DNA of 64,000 bases, from assembly GCA_051294375.1 (NCBI GenBank), contig CM119266.1, positions 2,475,469-2,539,468 on the forward strand, written 5' to 3'. Within the stretch, counting starts at the first letter, position 1. Every line of letters starts with the position of its first letter. A program made the position numbers and the translations under genes. Shown here one piece after another: positions 52,131 to 64,000 of the stretch. This DNA is from Paraspadella gotoi (taxonomy: Eukaryota > Animalia > Chaetognatha). The notes beneath the pieces were generated by a model. The model did not search any database. It had not been told where the DNA came from and worked only from the letters and a program-made list of their open reading frames with translations.

Positions 52131-52235
52131 TTAAAGTATAATAATAATGACAATTATGATATAATTTTTTATGAATTTATTATCTTACGATACAAAAAGC
52201 CATTGCTATATTATTTATTTAGGAAATGTTTTCAC

Positions 52236-52572
52236 TCGCGAAGCAACTCTATAAAACACTTTTCGGTCGGTCTGTCGGTCTGTCCATAGGTCTGTCTCAC
52301 TTATATTAAAAATGTTCATAACTTGCATATAGCTGGTTGCTCAAATCTATGGGTCTGTTTGCGCCAACATCAGGAAATCCTAAAACTATAAAGTATAAAA
52401 GACGATTTCCTATGCAGTGCGTATCATAAATACACAGACTAAAAAGTTATTTTAGTCATGTCATGTCACATCATATCATATCATATCACGTAATGTCATA
52501 TATAAAAAAAAAAAATATACGTGATAAGGCAGTCACTGAGGCGCAACACATTTTAATAACCATTCTTGTTTT
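52236..52572 (+). mobile_element. Helentron/HINE-like element, family 1 (5' end eroded)
   Basis: GCAACTCTATAA...TCGGTCGGTCTGTC...GTGATAAGGCAGTCACTGAGGCGCAACAC...CTTGTT. Confidence 0.65.
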
Positions 52573-52899
52573 TAGAAAATTAGTCCGATTGAAGATTTAA
52601 AAACTAAGAATTAAGTTAAATAAAAGCTAGATTTTTATCAAAGCATTTTGGCGAAGCATCATTGACACGGCACAATCGACTCATCCACGCGGAAGAGAAA
52701 CAAGGGCTAACCCGGGCAGACTAATTGAGTTAAACGAAACTAATGAAAAACAAATTAAGAAAGAGAATGTGAATTGAGATTCGTGAATTGTGAATTTGTA
52801 GTAACGATGTGAGCAGCGGTAAAAGGGTGAGGGCCTTGGAAAGAATGGCGGAAAACAAAGGGTTCACAAGAGCGTGATTCCCAAGTGCTCACTATTTCC

Positions 52900-52948
<49 letters not shown>

Positions 52949-53317
52949 ACTCTCTCAAAAGAAAAACACTGCTATACATATCCGCTCCAAATGTTTAACG
53001 AACTCTTATTTAACGAGATATTTCACTTCGCAAAATAGGAAAGATGTTTTTTTGTTTTTCAGGAAAAGAAGGCGACTAATCGAATCAACGCGAGCGTCGC
53101 CGATGTCACAGACGGAAAAACCTCATTAAATTTTAGGGAATTTTTGACGTTGTTATTCCTTTCTTGTAGCCGTTTCTTTTTGTCTTTTTTTTATAAAAAA
53201 GGTTTTCAAACTTTTTCCCCAGTTTTCTCTTTCCGTTGAGGAGAATAACAAGAAAAACCTTTGTCACTTTCCGAGTAAAGGAGGACAAGCGAAAAAGGTC
53301 GGCTCGTGTTCTTCTTG

Positions 53318-53582
53318 ACGATATTTTTCGAAATAGCACCATTTTCAGCTTAAATTTAGAATTAAATAAGTTTAAGTTAAAATTTAGATTAAAGTTATGC
53401 GATTTGGGTTAAGGTTAAGAATGATTAAGATTAAGGATTAAGATTAAGGTTTAGTTAAAGTTTGGTATCAGGGTTAGGAATTAAATTAACATTATTGGTG
53501 TAAGATTAGAGTTAAATAAATTTAAGTTAAAAATTAGTTCAGAGATTAGGATCTAAAATGGGCGCTTTTGGAAATAGTGCCG
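53318..53582. mobile_element. MITE with TTAAGG/TTAGG-like interior (same family as 27766-28009)
   Basis: Imperfect TIRs ATATTTTTCGAAATAGCACCATTTT / AAAATGGGCGCTTTTGGAAATAGT. Confidence 0.5.
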
Positions 53583-53721
53583 AGATCTCTTCAGCCTCGA
53601 AAATAAAAGTCACCGTGTGTTGTAACGAATTAAGCGTCGAATTCAAAGGAGAATTTTATGTCCGTCGCGATCGAGGATTTACACAGTGAACTTAAGAGAA
53701 CGAGAGGCTGGACTTTATTTT

Positions 53722-54056
53722 TTAATTTTTATCGAGCCTTGACCGGCGAAGCCGGGTCAGGCTCTATAATGTTTTAGGGTTGCTTTCCTCTTTGTGGACG
53801 TCGTCGTGTCGTCGTCGTCGTGGTCACGCCTGCTTTCTCATATATAAAAACTACTACGCTTTTATAGGTTTGGCTTGTGAACTTACCGTTTTTTTTATCG
53901 AGCCTAGCCTGACCGGCGAACCGGGTCAGGCCTTATAATGTTTTAGGGTTGCTTCTTTGTGACGTCGTCGTCTTCGTTCGTGACGTCGTGGTCACGCTGT
54001 TTTCATCTATATAAAAACTACTACGCTTTTATAGTTGGCTGTGACTTACCGTTTTT
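53722..54056 (+). repeat. Tandem duplication (2 x ~170 bp) of a HINE-like 5' end, family 2
   Basis: TTTTTATCGAGCC..TGACCGGCGAAGCCGGGTCAGGC hairpin plus a (GTC)n tract, present twice head-to-tail. Confidence 0.6.
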
Positions 54057-55584
54057 TTAAAATAAAAATTATTATGAATTTGATAAAGTTTTTACAGAAA
54101 AGTGTGCGATCATAGTAAGTTAAAAATTTAGATATGGCTTTTCATCTTGAAGCTAGCTGTGATATTTTCATATTACATTTGGATTTAAGTATTTTTTGTT
54201 TAATTTCCACGTTGCATTATGAATTTACTGCATATTGCAATGAGATTATAGTACTCATTCATAAATTATATCCAAATTAGGCTAATATAGAAATGCTTTA
54301 AGCTAATTTACATATTGCAGTTATATAATAATTTGATCTCTCCTTNNNNNNNNNNNNNNNNNNNNNNNNNNNNNNNNNNNNNNNNNNNNNNNNNNNNNNN
54401 NNNNNNNNNNNNNNNNNNNNNNNNNNNNNNNNNNNNNNNNNNNNNCACGGATTTCCCGGAGAAGATGTGATGCATCACATTTCGGAGTGAGAGTTGAATA
54501 TCGCGAAATAAAACCAAACAAGGAACGGTTATTCCAATACATGGTCTGTGGCGCACGCATTACTCTTTCTTTTTACTTTCATGCCATTTTTTTTTTTATT
54601 TTTTTAAAATGTCTTTAAAAACAAAAGGCGGCGAATAGTAGTCGGCTTAGATTTGATTTTTAACAAATGTCAACAATCTATAGGGGTTCCGCCTTCACAA
54701 AACGTTCGCATTTAGCGAAAAAACAACTCTTTTCCTAATATTGTTTCAGCTTACTTACATATAATTTAATTTTGTACCATAAACAAATTGGCCGAACTAG
54801 GGATTGGTTAAAATCATATCCATCCGATTCTAATTATAAAAAAGTACATTTTTTGCAAATTATTTGAAGAAAAAAAATCATGTTCCATTTTTTGTCCATT
54901 TTTCACATTTCGCCCTCTTGATTTGAATGCCAAGGAAAGTTGAGAAAAATTTTTTACTTTGGAAATCCGTTCTTTCCTTAATCTTATTCATTCTCTGGGT
55001 AAATTTATTTGCTTAAATCATTTGTAGTTTTGCCTATGAATTAGTTTAAAATTTACTAAGTCAAAAAGTTTCATTTTAGTTTTTATCATTCTAATTTGTT
55101 AAACAAAAAATTGTTCAAATTAGTTTAACATTTACAGAAAATATAGACCTATTGAATAAGCTTTTAAAACTATGAAAATAATTAAAAAAACCTTGCTTTG
55201 TTTAGCCACAAATAATTTTTAAAAGACGGCAGATTAATTTTGTGACTTTTTGTGACTTGCATTATTTTTGTAATAAAAGAATCATTTTTCAACTCATTTT
55301 ACTAGTTTTAAAGATAATATTACAGAATGGTGGAATTCCTAATAAACTTATTTATGCCTCATCTCATAGTTCGTAGCCGTAAGCATCAAATATATCATAA
55401 CCTCCGTTTTATGACATAATTGACATAGGACTGATAGACACTTGGTGATCTTAGTAACATAGGCGATGACATAATAGAATTAGAAGGAAGAAGAAGAAGT
55501 AGAAGAAGAAGAAGAAAGTAGAAGAAGCTTAACTGTAAAACAATATAACCTTTTAAATACTTTAACCATTTACAAATTATAACA

Positions 55585-55903
55585 TGTTTCAAAAACCAAA
55601 TACTGGCTTTATAGAATCCAAGAGATAAATTTTCCATCTCTTTTAAAAAGGCATAAATATTAGCAATGTTTTACAAGAGTTTTTCGAGACATTGAGACTA
55701 AATTGTGACTGACTAAAAAACATTTGTCGAGAATCAAACTAGGCCAGGAGAGAACATCTGAGATTATTCTATGATTCAGTCACGGAGACTGTTACGAAAT
55801 CTGCTACGTTATTTCGGGAAAACAAAAAAGACAACTATTAAAGTCTATACAAAAAGATATGTCTCTTTAAAACATGAAGAAAATTAACTATAAATAATCT
55901 ACA
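55585..55903 (-). mobile_element. Putative 3' LTR of the BEL/Pao element
   Basis: On the minus strand a purine-rich PPT-like GGAGGCGGTAA lies immediately before TGTAG at 55903. The far end (...AAACA near 55585) is a guess. Confidence 0.4.
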
Positions 55904-58900
55904 TTACCGCCTCCAGAACTTAACAAGTAATGTTTTATGACTACAATAAAATAAAAATAAAATCTCGTTCATTAAGAAATAAAATTAACAATATGAAACG
56001 ATGCAAAGCAAGAAATCGTTAACGCTAACGTTCAAAGGAAATTTGAATAAAAAGAATCTAACAAACGTACGAGTTATGTAAACACAACGGAATCAGACAT
56101 GAAACGCATTTATCTACTAAAATATTAGAATAAGCCAAGTTGCTATGAAACTAAGAAACAAGACACATACTTACAGAGTTAATTTTTGTTTGGTTTTACT
56201 TTTTAAATTTTATATAGCGTTTTCAAATTATAATAAAATGAAACATACTTATACGGAATGTTAATTAAAACTACAGACAAACAATTAAATCACAGAAATA
56301 CTAACTTTTTCGTTTTCGGCGATTCTACGCGAACGTCGGGGTTTGGCGATGAGGAAATTTCAGAATTTCAGCCCGCCGCGTTTGAGGGTTTCAGGACCGT
56401 AATTGGCGACGAGGGTTGGTCACGATTAAGGGAGAGTGAATCGCCACTCCAGTAACTTTGAAACGGAGCGGCTCGTCGTCGACCAAAGAGACAAGATTTA
56501 AGACCGCACGAATTTACTTCGGATTCCGACGCCTAGTATACAACTTGACGCACGCTCGCTCGAATTCACGGCGCGCCGTTTTTACAGCGAAAGGCGCCGC
56601 CACGGATGCCGGTCTGAGTCGGGTAAAGGTGCAATGACGACGCCGAGGCGGCCACTCGTCTCTTTGTAGTGATTTCTGAAGAAAGAGGACTAAATCACAA
56701 GTTGAAAGATTTGCGTTGAGGTTATTACCCCCATTTTTTGACGAGCTGCAACATGTAATATATTCTTTGGTCCACCGCTTCCAAAATGAATCTGCAGATG
56801 TTGAGTTGGTGCAAATTCGACCGGGTATGCAATGCGTCTATTGAGCATTGAAAGAACATACGTGGAAACAGGGTAATTGCTTGTAATCATCTTACATCTT
56901 GATACACGATCAATGCCTTAATACTTCGCAACAGGGTTCTAAATACATTCATCTGATGGACAAGCTGAACGGATATCGACTTTAGGACACGTGTTTTTAG
57001 CTGAGCGGACAGGCGGCTCCAAATGCCGCCAAAAATGAGGGCCGCTGGAGGTGGTTAAAAAAGACCAATTTAATACTTTGCATGTTAAGACATGGGACGA
57101 GAATTCTTCATTCCACTCTTGACACAGTTCTGAAAGCTCTGTATCAAGCTGACCTAAAATTATGTACGCATTGTCAACAGCATTTGCCTCACTCCTGGGC
57201 GACGGGAACATAGAATCTAAGTAAGCAATAATGAAGACAGAAGTGGATAGTCAACAAGCGACTTTCAAGGTGGAATCGCACGCATTTAAGCGATGTAAAT
57301 AAACAGATATAGCGTTTGCGCGTTGCGACGGCCAGAACTTTTACAAAAAATGGACCCATGAAATCAAACCCTGTACATCAAGGATAAGAGGAGACAAACG
57401 GTAATGAGGATTTACCATTTTCTGTGGCTTTGGTTTGGAAAAGAGACGTAGACATTTAAAACATTTTCCAAATCTCAGACTTAATAAAAGCTCAGACCTT
57501 TATAATATCCAATATGTTTTCATCAAATATGATGAACCTGTTCAACCGCCTGCCACCATACGTGGCGACTTTCATTCTGCGAAAGAGGCGGCTGTTGGTG
57601 TCCATCATTGCGTTCCGTCGTGCTGACAAACACGGGCAATCCCAGTCTCCGTCACCGACCGTCTTATCGTGATGCGATAGTATGTATAGGGCGCTTAGTG
57701 CCTGAGATGCATCGCAACGCTCACAGTCGTCTGTGCTTGACATCAAAGCGAAGAATCGGATTGGCGTAGTCGACCTCCGAACGCGAAGAAGATCTTCTTG
57801 AATGAAAGGATCAGGGCGGCGTATATCGCTATCCTTTTCTTTTGCAAAACCTTACGACTTTTCGGGATCACGGGGAGTAACCTTTACCAAAACTTATAAT
57901 TTAAAAAAATTATAATCTCGTCAGAAAAATAATGTTTTTGCTAAGAACATGAATTAAAGACATTTCTCAGCTAATGCCAAACTCATTAATGATAATTTTG
58001 TCCCATTGATGTGACAAATTAATGTTCCCCTTTCTAAATTTTAGAAATACAAAATGGACTTAAACCTTAAAAACAACAGACAGCTTTTTAAAAGCATTGA
58101 TACCATGAAGAATAACGTTGGATAAGTCTTCAGAAAATTAAATCATTTCTGCTTACTTCGGTTCGTCGAGAATCTCGAACGTATCTTCGTTCGTCTTCTT
58201 TATCTGAAAGATTTTTATCTGGCCAATGAGTAGGGATTTGCCATAAGAAGCTTGGTCCTTGAAGGAAAAACTTCCATGAATCTTCGTCGCCGGCGACAAA
58301 CCCACGGCTGCAGAGAATCGGCTGCGATTCAAGGCCTGTGGACAATAAACGCCATTGTGAGGAAGAGGAAACAGCATGAATCTTAGCTTATTCTATTGAA
58401 AACAAACGGTTTGGTCGTGTTTGCTGACTTATTAATCTGTCGCCAAGACACAAGATGCATCAACCCAGAAGTTGATTTGTCCGGTTGAAAAATCCAATTA
58501 CGAGTAAAGAAACTTATGCATATCTTTATTGATACCACAGCTGCAGTTAATTCAAGTCCTAAGGAATTGGACCATGTATTTGAGTTGAAACACACTGTTT
58601 TGAGAGGGGCAACACGTGGCTTTTTGACATAAGAAAGAGAGACATGGATTTTGCCCACCTCATCACAAACTCTGATATAACAGATAGAACCATAACCTGA
58701 GCTGCTTGCGGTTCGGAAAAGCTAGTGCAATTGCAATTTTAAATATTCTTACTTAGAGTTTTATCATTAGCATAACGGGGAAATTTTAAATCCTCTATCT
58801 GTGGTAATGAATTTTGCCATTCATTAAACGGTTTAACCTGATCATCTGGAATGATGTCGTCCCAAGTTAATCCAGAGGCACAATACTGCTGAATTAAAAT

Positions 58901-59288
58901 TTTTGCCTTGAGTAAGAAGGGGGATAGTAGACCAATAGGGTCGAATACAGAAGCCATTAGTGATAGTGCTTGTCTCCGAGTTCTGACGACCGCTTCCCCC
59001 GCCTTTAAAAGCGAAGTTTTAAATTCAAATGAGTCAGAACTTACATCAAATCTTACTCCAAGGGCTCTTTCGACAGGCAACTCGGAATCCTCGAAATCTT
59101 TCACTTTTTCACTTCGTAATTCCGGCGGGATACTTGCTAAAACTTCTTTTGAATTGGAAATCCACTTGGTTAATTTAAACCCGCCTCGTAAGAGAAGCTC
59201 ATTTAATTCCCGAATTATTTTAATAGCAAGTTCCGTGTTTCTGCAAGATTTTAATAAATCGTCCATATAAAAATCTCTCAAAACAGTC
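55904..59288 (-). mobile_element. BEL/Pao retrotransposon copy 2: RT C-terminal half, RNase H, integrase, 3' UTR
   Basis: ORF 58739-59281 reads DFYMDDLL...GGFKLTKWISN...ERALGV...TRRQALSLMASVFDPIGLLSPF...GLTWDD, diagnostic of Pao RT/RNase H. Downstream sequence is colinear with copy 1 and heavily frameshifted. Confidence 0.95.
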
Positions 59289-59672
59289 AGGTGAGTTTCC
59301 TTCTATCCCTTTAAAAGCTGATGTCGAGAAACACTCTCATCTCCATGATGTCGAAATTTCGAATTGCCTAATTTCAACCACGAAATTGAAGTCCTTTGAA
59401 CAGATGTTGCAGCATCTATGCTCCCAATGCCAAATGGCATCCGCCGTGTCGTGTCGACAAACCCAGCGCAATCTTAACTAATTGGGCTGGGCTTTAATTG
59501 GTCCTGAAGGTCAAACTGGACGGAAAAATAATCTAAGTTCTGCCTTTGTGGATTTCGACAACCAGATGCTTCAGGCTCAAATGGAAAGGATGATTAATCA
59601 CGATTTCAATGATTCGCCTTTTTGAAAAAGACGGAATGTCTATTGAAGACAAAAGGGCAATGGAAATAATTT
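59289..59672 (+). mobile_element. Inverted segment of the same BEL/Pao pol (protease-to-RT linker)
   Basis: Plus-strand fragments GEFPSIPLKADVEKHSHLHDVEI..., LGWALIGP and QMERMINHDF...GMSIEDKRAMEII continue the protease ORF that breaks at 62982 (...GQHLPGG). Confidence 0.8.
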
Positions 59673-62600
59673 ATGTTCCTGTAAGCCGGTCATGGATTCA
59701 ATATCCATGGTGCGTCTCCACCATCGAGTTTGCTCTTTGTTCCAATGTCGTGTTGACGAAAGACAAAGATAAAACGGAAAGCAGGAAATCCCTCCTGCCT
59801 CATTCCTCCTCCTGCTCTTCGCTCCTCTCAGAACTACTAGCTCAGCGAAAGCGAACGCCACGAAATCAAGACTCAGATCCAAAGAACCCATCTGAGAGAG
59901 ACTCCACCCGACTCCCGACAGTAAAAACGTAAAGAAGGTCTGTGCTCCAGACCTCCAACCCTGCCTCTTGCACCGTAGAATGACGTCCAGAATCTCACAG
60001 CCCTTGCAACAAATCTTCCGATACATGCCATAGCTGCGTCGTTGTCGAGCCAGGCGGGCACCGCGCTTGCTATGCCTGCCGGCATCTCCAAAGATCGACT
60101 CCTTGAAGAAAATCGTATGAAAAAGTTGGAGTCGAGATAATGGACGGCATAACGGAGGGCGATGCGATGAAGTAAAGAGGACACATCGTAGCTGAGGGTC
60201 GCTAAAAATCTCTGAGCGAATCACGTAAGACCATAAGAAAATACCAAGTGAGCAGGACTGGGCAATTCCGACTTGAGGCCATGCAGGTCTATCCAAACGA
60301 AAAGCCAGGACCAAGACGAGCGAAAACTCATCATCTGTGGACAGGTTTGAGAGGGCACAATGAAAGCGAACATGGTCAGTCAAGCCAGATCCATGTGACC
60401 AGGTCCTACAACGTACCAGCCGAAGTGCCACTCAAGAAGGCCTTCTTGCAGAGGCCTGGCATAAGGAGGAAAATTGTAACGCTCCCTCAAAACATGAGCC
60501 GGGAGAAATAGGTAGAAGGCGAAGTAATCAAAACTCGCAGAACTGCGGCGACACCTTCCAAGCCCGGGAACCATCCTGCGCGAAGGAAGGGCGTTTTTTG
60601 GAAGACACCCCTTCAGCAAAACGGCAGACCAAAGGAATGTTGACGGCATGGAAGAAGCCATCCACAAGAGTGGCAAAGTTGCGGAGATTTGCCGATTCTG
60701 TGCAATTTCATCACCGTGCTATAATCAGACAGACCGTCGTCGCTTGAGCATGAGCTGGCATAACTCGAGAACGTCCTTCAAAGCGGCCTGATGTCCTCTG
60801 AAGGCCCTACGCTGAAGGAAGGAGTCAAAACATCGCCAGACCCTGTCGTAACGGGATCCTAGATCCCCTCCAGCTGTCAGAGAGTGAGTGAAAAAGCAGA
60901 GTTGTTGTTAGGTCTTGGAGACCGTGCGCCCTCGCTATAAATGCCTCCAGACAGACCAACTTGAGGCGATCGAGAGCTTGGGAGCGACGCAATTCCCCGT
61001 CGGCTTTGTTCCAACCATCCAAGTTTGACGAGACAACGGGAAGACGAAAAACCTTGCCATACAACCCCGTAAGAGTCAACAACAGCGGAAACCACTTCTG
61101 GGCTGTGCCAACAAGCGGCGTCACCAGAAGAAATTCCTCCCTGGGCTCCCTCAATTGAGGAATCACCTTCGGCGATCAATGGGAGAGGGGGAAACACGTA
61201 AGCCCTGTCGCAAATCCAAACTTGAATTGAGGGCAATCCAGTCCGAGAGAATCCTCCTCCAATCTTCGCCAAGAGAAGTAGCGAGGAACTTGACGGGAGA
61301 GCGTGGCACGTCGCTAAACAGATCTATTCTGGGGCACACTCCAGACGCCGCCGAAATCCGTCGAAAACTTGGGGAGAAGAGATGCCTAATGCCTGAAAAG
61401 CAGCTCTTCGCGTGAAGCTGCATCCGCGAGTCAAAATTCTCCTCCGATGAAATGTGCGTCCCACAGATTGTGATCTGCGCAGAGAACTGAGCCAGAAGGA
61501 GAGAATCCTGACAACTTCGTGAAGAATCCTGAGAGCGGCTGCAGGAGCGGCGGAGACAAACGCAAGAGACACTAAAGCTGTCGGTCTTACCACAAAAGAT
61601 TGCCAGCCCTGGATCTTGCCTGACGCGAAGGAACGCAGGAACTTGAGCCAGGACGCATCGGAACCCTCCTTAACAGTTATATGGAGACATGGGCATCCAC
61701 TAACTTCCAAATTCCCCGGTGAAGAAAGCCCCGCGATACAGGAAAGCCCCAACCCTCCTGGGAGGCATCTGTCGTCAACTTCTCGCCGTGCAGAATCCGA
61801 AGAAACATCGGCGATCGGCCAGCAAAGCAATCGCTTGGATTCCTCGAGCTTTGGACATCCAACGCAGCTCCACTATTCGCCGCCTCCGAAAGAAGGATGG
61901 TCCTTCCCCAAGATCCTTCTCCCGTGGAAGTAGATACACGATTGACGTCGCGTTGAATCCTTGCGCTGGCTCTGCAGCGAATGAGGCGGGGACTGCTAAA
62001 GAGGCTTGCGGCCTCAGCAAGACCCAGCAGGCCCGAACGAAACCTGAAGGGCTGATGGAGTGGGCTCTAGCAGGAAGAGAGGCGGCCATCCTCGCGAAGT
62101 GACAAAATCTTCGTTCGGCAAGGAGCGCAACCATCGATGAAGCGCGCTCGTCCCAATTGGAGACCCAAAGATTGACTGCAAAAACTTGCCGTCGAACCAA
62201 ACTTGACTTCTTGGGTGAAATATGAAGCCCGCATCCTTTCAAAGAGTCGAGAGCTGTGAGAGTGTTACAGACACTCCTCTTGCCGAGGTCCCCAGTATCT
62301 AGAATATCGTCTATGTAGACAAGGCACGCTGAATGGCCCCTTCTTCGGAGACCAGTTCGACTAACGGGCGTGTCGTCTTGGTGAACAGCCAAGAAACGGT
62401 TGCCAAACGAAAAGGAAAGACTATTGTAGCTGATGAAACGCGCCCTCATTCCAAATGAAACCGACAAAACTTGGCGATGATCCACATGAAGAAGGCAAGT
62501 GAGATAGGCGTCGCTGAAGATCGATAGAGCGACGCCCAGTCCCCCGCAGAACATCTTCCCGAACATCTTCGGACACAACCTTCCACTCCGGAAGTAAGGA

Positions 62601-62956
62601 GGGACATGATAGGACTTGTTGAAGCTTCTTCAAATTTAGAAATTGCCGCCTCTCATCACCCGTATCTTTTTTTTGGGAAACCAGATAAATCCTTGGAATA
62701 AATCCGCAGAGAAGGCTCCCACCTGCCTCCAGCGGGCACCCACCTTTCGGCAAGCCTGCCGCTATCTCATTCGTCGATGGAGAGAGTCCCTGTCCCCAAA
62801 AGAAGGGGTCTGCGTCCGAAAGGGAAGAGGCATTTCTGGGTAGGAAATAACTGTGCTCCTGGCAATGAGGAATCCTTTCACGTTTTGTAAGAAAGGAGAA
62901 TCCTGTCCGACCAAATCCGCCCACAAAAAAGGGACGAAGTGTTGCACAGCGCCCTC
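59673..62956 (-). mobile_element. DIRS1-like tyrosine-recombinase retrotransposon (RT, RNase H, MT-like domain, YR), frameshifted, 5' part lost in a gap
   Basis: Minus-strand motifs occur in DIRS order: RIYLVSQKKD...LNLK and SIDL/DAY, YIDDIL (RT); TTDASQEGWG, HITVKE (RNase H); IDLFS, YVFPPLPLI, KWFPLL (methyltransferase-like); HSKRG and GWRS...TF (YR C-terminus). Confidence 0.88.
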
Positions 62957-62981
62957 NNNNNNNNNNNNNNNNNNNNNNNNN

Positions 62982-64000
62982 CTCCACCTGGAAGGTGTTG
63001 GCCAACCACTGCCGCAACATTTAGTTTATACTTAGGATCATACAGTGATTGTAAATCTAAATCCAAGATTTTTCGGATTTCACATACCTTCTTGTCTAAA
63101 GTAGTTACCTCCATCTCTTCAGAAATGGTTTCTCCATCAATTTTGTCGACCAAATTTTGGGTGATACATGTACGATTAGAGCCAGAATCTAGTAAGGCAT
63201 AGGTCTCAACAGATTTTCCTGTCTTTGGGTTCATGGCACAAATAGCAACAACTGGACGATGATTTTTACCATAATCAACAAAGGTACTCCCATTGGACAA
63301 AGTTGTGGCAGCGAGCCAATAACGCTAGCTGTTGGTGGTTAAGTCGATTCGGATTTAATGTTCTTCTTTTTGAACAAGGTAATGTAATAAAGGGGATATG
63401 GTGAGAGTCTCTGATCACAGATTTTGACATGTTTCTATCGATGACTTACAGTGTTTTCTCAAATTGGCGAGCCTAAATCGCTTATGTCAAGATAGTCAAA
63501 GTACCTTTTCTCTTGACAAATTCCCAAGTCTAAGAGCAACCTCCATTCTTTATTTTAAAATCAGGACATAGCAGTAATAGGCTGATGTCTGTTGTCACAG
63601 CAAAGCTGACTTGGTGCTGAGTAGCTTACTCATCATCAGATTTTTGTTTCAATGCCTGCTGATGAGAACGATTTTTTGACAAAGGGCGGTTTTTGCTCTT
63701 TGTTCATTTGTTTGTTTTCCTCTTGGACAGTGGACATGACATTAGAGCCAAAGGTAGAAGACAATTTTTTGGCAAAGTCCTTGAGAAATTCGACTAAGTG
63801 ATTATATGTTACTTTTTGAGATAACTTATGCTCCAATTTATATGCATAATCACTCCATTTGTTCTCCAGAAAAGGCACTTTAATTTTGACAACTTTCCGC
63901 ATTGATTCAATGGAGGTAAGGTGTGACAAATCACCAGCTTTTAATGCAGTCAAGTATGCATCTTCCATGAGCCAAACGAGATTCCAAATGGAAACCGAAT
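62982..64000 (-). mobile_element. BEL/Pao gag C-terminus and aspartic protease
   Basis: TYALLDSGSNRTCIT is the protease DSG motif (ORF 62878-63300). Upstream are a gag-like ORF (63636-63968) and degenerate Cys/His-containing segments between them. Confidence 0.85.

Noticed and set aside
53400-53480. Interstitial telomere
   Set aside because: It has only degenerate TTAAGG/TTAGG units, enclosed by the TIRs of a small MITE.

Overview
This is a repeat-rich, intron-containing animal (metazoan) genomic window from a draft assembly. It has many N gaps and noisy stretches with the indel pattern of long reads. Host genes I can support are: the first coding exon of a rhodopsin-class, neuropeptide-receptor-like GPCR (-), two U6 snRNA genes with a shared three-part Pol III promoter (+), a six-exon divergent beta-tubulin (+), an M14 (N/E-type) carboxypeptidase-like gene whose catalytic exons are missing (-), and two paralogous three-exon genes for secreted Cys-containing proteins of about 220-230 aa with a probable discoidin/F5-8C-like fold (-). 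The ORF track only partly shows those two paralogs. Mobile DNA includes two copies of a BEL/Pao LTR retrotransposon, a DIRS1-like tyrosine-recombinase retrotransposon nested in one of them, two tRNA-derived SINE families, Helentron/HINE-like elements, palindromic MITEs (one with an 8-bp TSD), and a ~270-bp element found both dispersed and as a ~322-bp tandem array. There are also 42-bp and 31-bp minisatellites. The 3.9-14.4 kb region and the 59.3-63.0 kb inversion look like gap-filling artefacts. There is no CRISPR array and no prokaryotic system. All calls come from reading the sequence by eye; no database searches were run, and repeat boundaries are approximate.
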